Shown here: one piece after another, positions 11,048 through 19,327 of the stretch | Position numbering within the stretch: position 1 is the stretch's first letter | Layout of the letters: every line of letters begins with the position of its first letter | Notes under the pieces: generated by a model | What the model was told of the DNA's origin: nothing | Seen by the model: the letters and a program-made list of their open reading frames with translations, nothing else | Databases searched by the model: none | Assembly: GCA_050250855.1 (NCBI GenBank) | Contig: JBFWNW010000004.1 | Location: forward strand, 96,001 to 160,000 | DNA length: 64,000 nucleotides | Direction: 5' to 3' | Origin: Candidatus Babeliales bacterium | Lineage (GTDB): Bacteria; Babelota; Babeliae; Babelales; JACPOV01 | Position numbers and translations under genes: made by a program

Positions 11048-11725
11048 ATGATCAAACAAAGAATTTATTTTTACTATGTGCTGGTCAAAGGTTTACTGGT
11101 AATGGCGTTTCAGCTTATCTATGGGGTTTGGAAAGTTTCTCGTTTGCCAGCGCCCATAGTTACTATTTTTGGAGGAGCGCGCTTAAAGCAAGATGATCCT
11201 ATAGCAAGGCACGCACATGAATTGAGTCATCGTTTGGCGCGTGCAGAGATTTCAGTAATCTCTGGTGGTGGTCCTGGCATTATGCAAGCAGTCAATTGTG
11301 GCGTACGCCATGAAGAAAAACATGTTAAAGCTCGTACGCTGGGCATTACTGTTAAAGGATTATCAAAAACAGAACCGGTGAACCCTTGTGCGCAAGATTT
11401 TATTGTGACCGATCAATTTGCTGTACGTAAATGGTTGATGATTAATTTTTCTGTGGCATTTATTGTATTTCCTGGAGGCTTTGGAACAGTAGATGAATTT
11501 GCTGAAGTTATAACACTTATGCAGACCAAAAAGCTACCAGGAGTTCCGGTTATTTTGGTTGGTGCGCAATATTGGGATCTCTTAATCCGTTGGCTTAAAG
11601 AATCTGCTTTGCCAAAAGGTCTTGTTTCCCAAAAAGATCTTGATCTTATATATGTAACGGATGATCTTGAGGATATAGTGTGTAAGGTAAAGGAGCAGTG
11701 TGCGTTATGTACACCATGCGCATAA
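11048..11725 (+). CDS. LOG family nucleotide monophosphate phosphoribohydrolase (TIGR00730-like)
   Basis: GGGPGIM, RK and PGGFGTVDE. ATG 11048 follows GAGGAG. Confidence 0.9.
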   Translation: MIKQRIYFYYVLVKGLLVMAFQLIYGVWKVSRLPAPIVTIFGGARLKQDDPIARHAHELSHRLARAEISVISGGGPGIMQAVNCGVRHEEKHVKARTLGITVKGLSKTEPVNPCAQDFIVTDQFAVRKWLMINFSVAFIVFPGGFGTVDEFAEVITLMQTKKLPGVPVILVGAQYWDLLIRWLKESALPKGLVSQKDLDLIYVTDDLEDIVCKVKEQCALCTPCA

Positions 11726-11735
11726 AGGAGATTTT

Positions 11736-12377
11736 ATGAAACATTCTTTTTTTAAAGATGCACTTTCATACGTGATGCATTATCCCTATTACGTATATGG
11801 TTTGTGGCAGATAAAATCTTTGCAAAAACCGCTGGTAACACTTTTTGGTGGCAAGCGGGCGCAAGACGATGCTGTTTATTGCAAGCAAGCAGCAGCAGTT
11901 GCACAAGCACTCGCTGAAAAATCTATTTCTGTGTTAACCGGTGGTGGTCCAGGGATTATGCAAGCAGCATTGTGTGGGGCTCTTAAAGCTGAAAAAAAAC
12001 ATAGTGCTCTTGGCATAGGAGTATATAACGTTGATGAATATTTTGAGCCGATCTGTTCTTATAAAACAATTTATATGCCAAATTTTGCTATGCGAAAAGC
12101 ATTATTGATTGACTATTCTCAAGGCTTTGTTTGTTTTCCTGGTGGCATAGGAACAGTAGATGAACTATTTGAAGTACTCAATTTAATAAAAACAAAAAAT
12201 CTTGCAAAAGTTCCCGTTATTTTATTTGGTAAAGATTACTGGGTTAATATTATTGGTTGGATGAACCATGCTTTTCAAGAAGGTTTTATTGGCTCAGAGC
12301 ACAGAGATATTTTGATGATAACTGATGATATTGATCATGTAGTTTCATTGCTTGTATCGCATGCCAAGAAGCTTTAA
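11736..12377 (+). CDS. LOG family protein, tandem paralog
   Basis: TGGGPGIM, RK and PGGIGTVDE. ATG 11736 follows AAGGAG. Confidence 0.9.
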   Translation: MKHSFFKDALSYVMHYPYYVYGLWQIKSLQKPLVTLFGGKRAQDDAVYCKQAAAVAQALAEKSISVLTGGGPGIMQAALCGALKAEKKHSALGIGVYNVDEYFEPICSYKTIYMPNFAMRKALLIDYSQGFVCFPGGIGTVDELFEVLNLIKTKNLAKVPVILFGKDYWVNIIGWMNHAFQEGFIGSEHRDILMITDDIDHVVSLLVSHAKKL

Positions 12378-13108
12378 CGCAAAATATTTAAATGAACTAA
12401 TTCATGCATTAGTTGGGCTGGTGAACGGAAAAGGATAGGATGAAAGCCTTCATAAAAGGCAGTGGTAACATTTTTTGTACTGTTATCAATAAATACGCAT
12501 TGTTCAGCTTGTAAATGACTTTGTTTTAAAAATTTTTGAAAAGAAGCCGCAGATGGTTTTTGTATCCAGTTATCATGCTGTTGAACAACAACAATACCAT
12601 TAAAATAAGAAAAGAGAACGGGGAATTTTTTTTCTAACTGTTCAAATGTTTTTTCACCAATATTAGAAAAAAGATAAACCTTATATCCATGCTCTTTTAA
12701 TTTTTTTATGCAATCAATAGTACCTTTAACCGGTTTTTGCTCATTCATCATGGCAATGGTAACGTCAATAAAAGGGACAAGTTTAGAATGTTTTTGCGAA
12801 AGTTCGATAATGAACTCTTCTGGTACACGACTTTTTTTTAATAATGCTACGATATCTTTTATGAATGATGGTTTAAAAAGTAATAGTGCTACATCAAGCC
12901 GATAAGCATGTTTGAGAATATATTTTAAAATGCCACCATATTTGCGGTTTAAAATAACTCCATGCAGATCAAAGACAAAAACGGGAGAACTATGAACTTT
13001 TTTATTATTTTTTTTGAGCATAGTAACCGGGCATGAAAAACAGTGGTGTATCGTATACAAGAGTATAAACAACGCTATTATACTTATTATTAGCAAAAAA
13101 ATATTCAT
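12374..13108 (-). CDS. Membrane-anchored HAD-family hydrolase
   Basis: N-terminal TM, FDLHGV, FSN, KP and FIDN motifs. Confidence 0.8.
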   Translation of the reverse strand: MNIFLLIISIIALFILLYTIHHCFSCPVTMLKKNNKKVHSSPVFVFDLHGVILNRKYGGILKYILKHAYRLDVALLLFKPSFIKDIVALLKKSRVPEEFIIELSQKHSKLVPFIDVTIAMMNEQKPVKGTIDCIKKLKEHGYKVYLFSNIGEKTFEQLEKKFPVLFSYFNGIVVVQQHDNWIQKPSAASFQKFLKQSHLQAEQCVFIDNSTKNVTTAFYEGFHPILFRSPAQLMHELVHLNILR

Positions 13109-13187
13109 AAAATCCCCTTCCCAATCCCTTATAATTAGGATAAAAAAAAAGTTAAGACAAGAGGAAGCTTTTTGTTATTTTTTTAAG

Positions 13188-13216
13188 TTGTCCCGCTAGG
13201 ACAAAGAGGGTATACT
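13188..13216 (+). promoter_or_regulatory. Candidate sigma70 promoter overlapped by a short inverted repeat
   Basis: TTGTCC-17 nt-TATACT, with TTGTCC-cgcta-GGACAA palindrome. Confidence 0.45.
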
Positions 13217-13234
13217 GATTTTTGATGAAAAATC

Positions 13235-13906
13235 ATGAACATCTTTATTCTCAAAGAAGGGTTGCATATGAATAAAAAAACTATGGTATTTTTAACAAAA
13301 GTGGCATTAAGCAATCTTGTTCTCGTGGCGCTGAGTTTTTTGAAAGTTAATACTATTATTGGTGCTCCTGCTGCCTATTTTTCTTTAGCTATTCTTGGAG
13401 GCCCTTTAGTTGGGCTTTATGCTGGCGTTTCATGCGCAGGTGTTTTGTATGCAGCTAGATTTTTAATTAAATTTTTTGCATATGGGCTTGAGTTGAGCCC
13501 TATTAATATGTACATTCCTACATTATGTGGTGCTGCGTATTGGTCTGGCAACAGATTATTTTTTAGATTGTTACTTCCTCTTCTATGTATGGTTCTTTTC
13601 TTGGTGCATCCGGTTGGCAATCAAGCCTGGGCATATTCTTTATACTGGCTTATTCCCGTAGCATTATATTGGTTTTCTCAAGAATATGTTGTGCTTCATG
13701 CGCTTGCTAATTCCTTTATTATGCATGCGGTTGGTTCTGTTATATGGTTGTATTGCGTGCCAATGAGCGCAGAGCATTTTATGGCACTTATTCCTGTTGT
13801 TTTGGTCGAGCGTATGATTATTGCCTTGAGCATGACCATTGTCATAACTGGTGTAGAAGCCCTTAAAACGTTACCGCTTGCCGTATATAAACGTTTGAAC
13901 GCGTAA
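13235..13906 (+). CDS. Integral membrane protein, possibly an ECF-type S component (start may be 13268)
   Basis: About 210 aa with 6-7 hydrophobic segments. No family firmly recognised. Confidence 0.65.
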   Translation: MNIFILKEGLHMNKKTMVFLTKVALSNLVLVALSFLKVNTIIGAPAAYFSLAILGGPLVGLYAGVSCAGVLYAARFLIKFFAYGLELSPINMYIPTLCGAAYWSGNRLFFRLLLPLLCMVLFLVHPVGNQAWAYSLYWLIPVALYWFSQEYVVLHALANSFIMHAVGSVIWLYCVPMSAEHFMALIPVVLVERMIIALSMTIVITGVEALKTLPLAVYKRLNA

Positions 13907-13949
13907 TTTTACGTGAAAATTAATCAATTGATTGAGAAGTATTTAAATT

Positions 13950-14082
13950 CCGTTCGTGGTGAGGAGCAAACTTATTTTAGTTTGCGTCTCGAACCATACG
14001 GAATCCTAAAAAAGTAAAATTTTTAATTTTGAGTTCGAATGCTTCGAGACGTTTTTCTTCGAAAAACCCTCAGCACGAACGG
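13950..14082. repeat. REP/MITE-like element (type B), second copy
   Basis: CCGTTCGTGGTGAGGAGCAAAC...CCCTCAGCACGAACGG. Confidence 0.9.
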
Positions 14083-14136
14083 AATGTAGAATTTTAAGTA
14101 TACTGAGTCGAATTTAGGTTTATTATAAAGGAATTT

Positions 14137-14823
14137 ATGAAGCATCTGGCAGTGATCATGGATGGCAATCGCCGTTGGGCAAAACAGCGCGGTTTGCGTC
14201 CGTGGCTTGGGCATCGTCAGGGAGCAGAATCAATAAAACGCATTGTTGATTTTTGCTTAAAAAAGGGAATTTCTTATCTTTCGCTGTATACGTTTTCTCT
14301 TGAAAATTTTAGGCGACCAGAATCTGAACTGAGTTTTCTTTTTGATTTAATAAAACATGAATCGCTCAAGCAGCTTGATCTGTTTTTAAAGTATGGTGTT
14401 CGTGTTCGTTTTGTCGGTGACCGTTCTTTATTTCCGGATTCTATAAAACCAACTATTGAAAAGCTTGAAACGGAAACTGGGCATTTAACAAATCTTAATC
14501 TTAATTTTTTATTTTGCTACGGCGCACGGCAAGAAATTGTTGGTGGCATAAAAAAGCTACTTTCTAAAGTTAAAGACGGTGTTTTAGCAGAGCAGGATAT
14601 TTCAGAAGAAGCTTTTTCTGAATGCCTTTGGACTGCTGGCATGCCAGAGCCTGAACTTATTATTCGCACCGGCGGTGCGGTCCGCTTGAGCAATTTTTTG
14701 CTCTTTCAAGCAGCGTATAGTGAATTTTATTTTCTTGATTGTTTGTGGCCAGAAATAGAAGAAAAACATTTGCTTGCTGCTTATCAGCAATTTGAAGATT
14801 GTAAGAGGAATTTTGGTTCATGA
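14137..14823 (+). CDS. uppS: Undecaprenyl diphosphate synthase
   Basis: HLAVIMDGNRRWA, FSLENF, IRTGG and RLSNFL. Confidence 0.97.
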   Translation: MKHLAVIMDGNRRWAKQRGLRPWLGHRQGAESIKRIVDFCLKKGISYLSLYTFSLENFRRPESELSFLFDLIKHESLKQLDLFLKYGVRVRFVGDRSLFPDSIKPTIEKLETETGHLTNLNLNFLFCYGARQEIVGGIKKLLSKVKDGVLAEQDISEEAFSECLWTAGMPEPELIIRTGGAVRLSNFLLFQAAYSEFYFLDCLWPEIEEKHLLAAYQQFEDCKRNFGS

Positions 14824-15827
14824 AAATAGTATGTATGCTTGGTGAAGGAGCATGGGGAACTGCCATAGCAACATTGCTTGCGCATAATGGTTTTACGGTA
14901 AAATTATGGTGCCATGACGCAGGCGTTGCAAAAACAATAGAACAAAAACGTGTTAACCAACGCTATTTGCCTGGTATTACTTTGCACAAAAATATTGTAC
15001 CCGTTACTACGGTGCAGGATGCATTGCATGAAGCGGAACTTATTTTTGAAGCTATTCCCGTGCAGTATCTGCGCTCAATCGTTGAGCAATGCAAACCTTT
15101 TTGTAAACAAACTACCCCATGGATTGTTTTAAGCAAAGGGATAGAACAAAATACGTTATTATTCCCTACAGCACTTATTGATGATATTTTAGGTTATTGC
15201 CCACAAAAGGCGATTCTTGCTGGCCCTAGTTTTGCAAAAAATGTAGCAGAAAAAACAATAACGGCAGTAACGCTTGCAGTAGAGGATTGTGATTTTGGTG
15301 TTTCTTTACAAAAGCAGTTAGCAAATGAATATTTTAGGCCCTATATTTCACGTGATCTTATTGGTGTGCAATTAGGAGCAGCACTTAAAAATGTTATAGC
15401 ACTTGCTACGGGTATGCTTGATGGTGCAGGATATACTGACAATGCGCAAGCATTTATTTTAACGCGCGGTTTTCATGAAATGGTGGAAATTGCTACAGCG
15501 CTTGGCGCACGCAAAGAAACGCTTTACGGTCTTTCTGGTCTTGGTGACGTGGTGCTGACATCAATGGGAGGCTTGAGTAAAAATCGTGAAGTTGGCAAAC
15601 GGCTTGGCGCTGGCCAAACATTGCCACAGATTTTAAAGGAAACTGGTTTTATTCCAGAAGGGATAAATACCGTTGAAGCGTTGCATCAATGGCAAAAAAA
15701 ATTATCATTAGAGCTTCCGGTATTTGAAGGTATTTATGCCGTAGTGCATGGACGTGCAAGCATAGGAACTGTTTTACAAGAACTTATGGCACGCCCTTTA
15801 GAACAAGAGTGTGCCACAGATTCTTGA
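14820..15827 (+). CDS. gpsA: NAD(P)H-dependent glycerol-3-phosphate dehydrogenase
   Basis: GEGAWGTA, SKGIE, GPSFA, ALKNVIA and GLSGLGD. Confidence 0.97.
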   Translation: MKIVCMLGEGAWGTAIATLLAHNGFTVKLWCHDAGVAKTIEQKRVNQRYLPGITLHKNIVPVTTVQDALHEAELIFEAIPVQYLRSIVEQCKPFCKQTTPWIVLSKGIEQNTLLFPTALIDDILGYCPQKAILAGPSFAKNVAEKTITAVTLAVEDCDFGVSLQKQLANEYFRPYISRDLIGVQLGAALKNVIALATGMLDGAGYTDNAQAFILTRGFHEMVEIATALGARKETLYGLSGLGDVVLTSMGGLSKNREVGKRLGAGQTLPQILKETGFIPEGINTVEALHQWQKKLSLELPVFEGIYAVVHGRASIGTVLQELMARPLEQECATDS

Positions 15828-15830
15828 GTA

Positions 15831-17225
15831 TTATTTTAATATATTGTCATTAATACGTATGATAACTTCATTTCCGATGCGGATATCAAGGTTATCATTA
15901 TATTTTTTAAGAATTAAGGCTTTTAATTCTGCTGCAGGATTTTGAAGTTCTGGTCCATTATCAGGTGCATTTTGAACACACTGCCACATGTAAGAAATCC
16001 CTAAGCCTTTTGCTTTTTTAATCGCTATTTTATCTGAGGTTATTTTTTTAAACCATTTAAGAGCATCTTGAGGAACACGTTCTTTACGTTTTCCTCGTTC
16101 ATCATCAGAGCCAAGGCCAAGTGTATGGCTTACTTGTGATGGGAATACTTTACGTGCAAGAGAAGCGATAAATCCGCCACTATGTGCAGGAAGATCTTGG
16201 GTTGTCAAGCCATGCGGCTCCATGCGAATAAAGAATAGATTCTTTTGATTATTAACTCTACCAAATAAGATATGGTGCATACCTTTTACCGGCAATTCCA
16301 TAGCTTCAGGAACATCAATACGATAGTGGGTATATTCTGCTTTTTTGTAATACCAACCATAAAACTTGTTTTCTGTATAGTATTCATTAAGATGAGAAGA
16401 TTGTCCGGGATAAGCTTTAATTCCGTTAGAAGCCCACATGAGCTCACTATTCATATCGCCTGTATATACTTTTGCAACATAGTTTTTTAGAAAGGTATAC
16501 AAAGCTTGATCTGCTGCTTCTTCTATAATAAAGGTTCCTTCATCAAATATTTCACCTTTGGCATCATAAATATAATGGAGTATGTCTACAATAGCTTGTA
16601 GGTATTCATCATCAGATACATCTGAATTTAGCTTGAAATTGTTAGCAACGAGAGCCTTACCATTTTTAATATTTTCATCAAAATTAATAGTTTCAAAGGC
16701 TTCTATGGGTTGATCAAAAGTTGGCTGGTATTCACCGTAAGAAGAAGCTAAAGAACCAGAATTCGACATTTCTTCTTTTGATTCTTTAGGGAAAATTAAT
16801 TCTTGGCTAGTACTGGAATCTTCTTGTTGATCTTGATTTTCATTTTTGCCTTCTGCAAGAACAGGTTGCGCAACAGGAGCTGTTGGTAATTGTAGGCCTT
16901 CTTGGCTATCTTCTTTTGAAAAAACTACTTCATATTCATACTGTGGATCTTTTAAATTTTCTTCTTCTTTTTTTTCTTCCAGAGCAGGTTTATTTTGCCA
17001 CCAATAGTACCCAAGACCTAGGGTTAAAAGGCCAAAGCCGGTAGCGGCAGCAATATACCATTTATTCTGGTTTAGCTGTTCTTGTAGGTTATCAAAGCTC
17101 AAAGAACGTTTAATTCCCTGGAACAGAGAAGACATATACCCAGGTTCTTGGCAGTTTAGGGTTTGAGTTCCCGTAACGCTTACCAAAAGCAGGGCTAAAA
17201 TAGATTTTTTAACTATTGATTTCAT
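15831..17225 (-). CDS. Exported or membrane-anchored hypothetical protein with acidic linker and C-terminal globular domain
   Basis: GGAGG RBS, signal peptide, TM segment WYIAAATGFGLLTLGLGYYWW, E/Q/S-rich linker. Confidence 0.8.
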   Translation of the reverse strand: MKSIVKKSILALLLVSVTGTQTLNCQEPGYMSSLFQGIKRSLSFDNLQEQLNQNKWYIAAATGFGLLTLGLGYYWWQNKPALEEKKEEENLKDPQYEYEVVFSKEDSQEGLQLPTAPVAQPVLAEGKNENQDQQEDSSTSQELIFPKESKEEMSNSGSLASSYGEYQPTFDQPIEAFETINFDENIKNGKALVANNFKLNSDVSDDEYLQAIVDILHYIYDAKGEIFDEGTFIIEEAADQALYTFLKNYVAKVYTGDMNSELMWASNGIKAYPGQSSHLNEYYTENKFYGWYYKKAEYTHYRIDVPEAMELPVKGMHHILFGRVNNQKNLFFIRMEPHGLTTQDLPAHSGGFIASLARKVFPSQVSHTLGLGSDDERGKRKERVPQDALKWFKKITSDKIAIKKAKGLGISYMWQCVQNAPDNGPELQNPAAELKALILKKYNDNLDIRIGNEVIIRINDNILK

Positions 17226-17304
17226 GTAAAAACCTCCATTTAAGGTTCAAATTTTAAGTTCTATACCTAGTATAGCATAGTAATAAATAATTACAAGTAG
17301 GCAA

Positions 17305-18003
17305 CTATTGGGTTTGGAGCTGGATATTAAAGGGTTGATTGAGGTCAACCAGGGAGCCAGGGAGGGGTTTTTGGTCTATTACGGTACAGTGGATGCATTG
17401 GTGGCCCTGTTGGGCTGCAAAACGGTGAAATATGATAGGTTCAAGGCCATAAGGCTGCAGGAATGCTAATACTTCAGTAACCTTACTTTTTTTAAAATTA
17501 GGGAAAATAACGATATTGCTGCCTTTTGCTGCAAAATAGGCGGTGATGGTTTTTTGCTCAAGGAGGGAATTGGCAGCAGGGCTTTGAGCAAAACAGTGCT
17601 CTTTAGGGTAATCTGTTGCAAGGAAGATCTTTTTCAAAAATAGCCCTTTTTCTCGTACTATCTCTTCTGCGTTTTTCACTGTTTTTCCCTCAAGATTAGG
17701 AGTTTTTTCTGCATCTTTTTTATAGGAAAGCGTGCAAAATATAGTTTGGCCAGGTTTAATCTTTTGACCGGGGGAAGGAATCTGGCTCATAACCGTGCCA
17801 TCTGGCAAATCTTTATCCTCTTTTTGGCCAAGAATACGAATATTAAGGTTTGCATCAGAAAGGGCTTGGATTGCATGTTTTATGGGTTTGCCGATAAGCA
17901 GAGGGGTTTCTATGGCAGGTACGTACCAGAGGTAATAAAAAAGCAGGTAACCAGCAAGAAAAGCGCAAAAAGGAATGAGCCAAAAATGGGTATCATATTT
18001 CAT
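17305..18003 (-). CDS. PASTA-domain protein (TM plus three PASTA-like repeats)
   Basis: P-L-GK...Q-P-PG repeat pattern three times after an N-terminal TM. Confidence 0.85.
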   Translation of the reverse strand: MKYDTHFWLIPFCAFLAGYLLFYYLWYVPAIETPLLIGKPIKHAIQALSDANLNIRILGQKEDKDLPDGTVMSQIPSPGQKIKPGQTIFCTLSYKKDAEKTPNLEGKTVKNAEEIVREKGLFLKKIFLATDYPKEHCFAQSPAANSLLEQKTITAYFAAKGSNIVIFPNFKKSKVTEVLAFLQPYGLEPIIFHRFAAQQGHQCIHCTVIDQKPLPGSLVDLNQPFNIQLQTQ

Positions 18004-18040
18004 AGGAAATTTCGGGCTGAAGTGAGATTAAATACTGAGC

Positions 18041-18396
18041 ATTCAAAGGCAAGCAATAAGCCGGATTTTGTATTCGCTTTGCAGCGACTGACAACCATCT
18101 ATCTAAGCGATCTACCCGTACGATGTGAGGAACGAAAAAACCATATCGCACTGTTTGATCTTGCTCCAGGTAGGGTTTGCCCGAACAGCTCATTACTGAA
18201 CTGCACTGTGCGCTCTTACCGCACATTTTCATCCTTACCCTGTATTTGGCAGGGCGGTTATTTTCTGTGGCACTTTCCATGGACTTACATCCCCCCCAGT
18301 TGAACCAGGTTCTCCTGAGGTACCTTTTTTCGTTAGGAGTCCGGACTTTCCTCTTATAACCAAGGTTACAAGCGATTGTCTAGCTTACCTTTGAAT
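18041..18396 (-). ncRNA. rnpB: RNase P RNA (type A-like)
   Basis: GAGGAAAGUCCGG, AGUGCCACAGAAA, GUGCGGUAAGAGCGCAC, GGCAAACCC and ACAAAAUCCGGCUUA. P1 pairs AUUCAAAGGUAAGC with GCUUGCCUUUGAAU. Confidence 0.97.
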
Positions 18397-18836
18397 ATGC
18401 ATTTCAAAATTATAGCCATTACTCCTAGATTACCAAAAATTGCATAAAGAGTATAGGAGCTATAAGGATTTATGCCAAAAAAAAGAGCATTAATAATGCT
18501 GCTATAAAGAAGGTAAAGGATTAAAAAAGCGTAAGGAGCGAGCTCATTTTCAAGGTTAATAATATTTCTTAAAAATAAGAGCAGAAAAAAGGGGAGTATT
18601 GCGAGCGTTAAAAGAATGAATGCGGTATCATAAAAAATTATAGAGCGACAACAGAGTAGAAATAATGCATAAGCGATAGGTATGCTTGAACTATAGAGAG
18701 TTGCAGCCAGCGTTGCACAGAGCAGAGGTTGTATGGATGATCTACCGCTTTGTATGAGCATTATATCGCTTAAAAAAAATAATAAATATATAAGGTAAAA
18801 ATAGCTTTCTGATACTAGTTTTTTTTCTTTATTCAT
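18366..18836 (-). CDS. Hydrophobic membrane protein (MreD-like size; assignment uncertain)
   Basis: 156 aa with about 5 TM segments. The 3' end overlaps rnpB. Confidence 0.6.
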   Translation of the reverse strand: MNKEKKLVSESYFYLIYLLFFLSDIMLIQSGRSSIQPLLCATLAATLYSSSIPIAYALFLLCCRSIIFYDTAFILLTLAILPFFLLLFLRNIINLENELAPYAFLILYLLYSSIINALFFGINPYSSYTLYAIFGNLGVMAIILKCIFKGKLDNRL

Positions 18837-18955
18837 GATATCTATACCTCTTTTTTTAAATTTTATATTGACATTGAAATCTATTCAAGTAACTTGTATA
18901 GCAGTTGTAATAACATTATGTTAAGAAAATATTAACATTATCTTAAGGAGTTCTC

Positions 18956-19258
18956 ATGAAAAAAATGTTTGCACTTGTTTTTGCTGCAAGCTTGCTTGCT
19001 GCAAATGCGTCAGCTGAAGAAACTAAGTCTTGGATTAAAGTTCCTTCTTTAGTTACAGAATACTATACATCTACAAAAACTTTTGCAGGGAACCATAAAA
19101 CTGCATTGTCAGCAGCAGTGACTACAATTGTTGGTGCATATGCTACTTATAAATTTTATCAGTGGTGCCCTTGGTTCCAAGAGAAGGTAAACAATCTTTT
19201 AGGTATCGATGAAGAAGAATCTACTTTTTCATTCAGCTTGGGAAATAAATCTGAGTAA
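18956..19258 (+). CDS. Small exported or membrane protein
   Basis: AAGGAG RBS, signal peptide (ASA-E), internal hydrophobic segment, followed by a terminator. Confidence 0.8.
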   Translation: MKKMFALVFAASLLAANASAEETKSWIKVPSLVTEYYTSTKTFAGNHKTALSAAVTTIVGAYATYKFYQWCPWFQEKVNNLLGIDEEESTFSFSLGNKSE

Positions 19259-19280
19259 TTAGTACGCGGATTAAGAAGTT

Positions 19281-19305
19281 AAGGCCGCTCTATGCGGCCT
19301 TTTTT
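19281..19305 (+). terminator. Intrinsic terminator
   Basis: AAGGCCGC-tctat-GCGGCCTT followed by a T-tract. Confidence 0.8.
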
Positions 19306-19327
19306 GTTTATACATAAAAAAGGTATT

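Noticed and set aside
10106..14082. Composite transposon bounded by the two type B elements
   Set aside because: No transposase and no clear target-site duplication, and the enclosed genes look chromosomal.
17746..18359. ORFs 17746..18303, 17993..18280 and 18177..18359
   Set aside because: They overlap rnpB and the PASTA gene and have no protein-like features.
19292..19327. PBP1A start at ATG 19292
   Set aside because: It lies in the terminator hairpin of the upstream gene, so GTG 19328 is more plausible.
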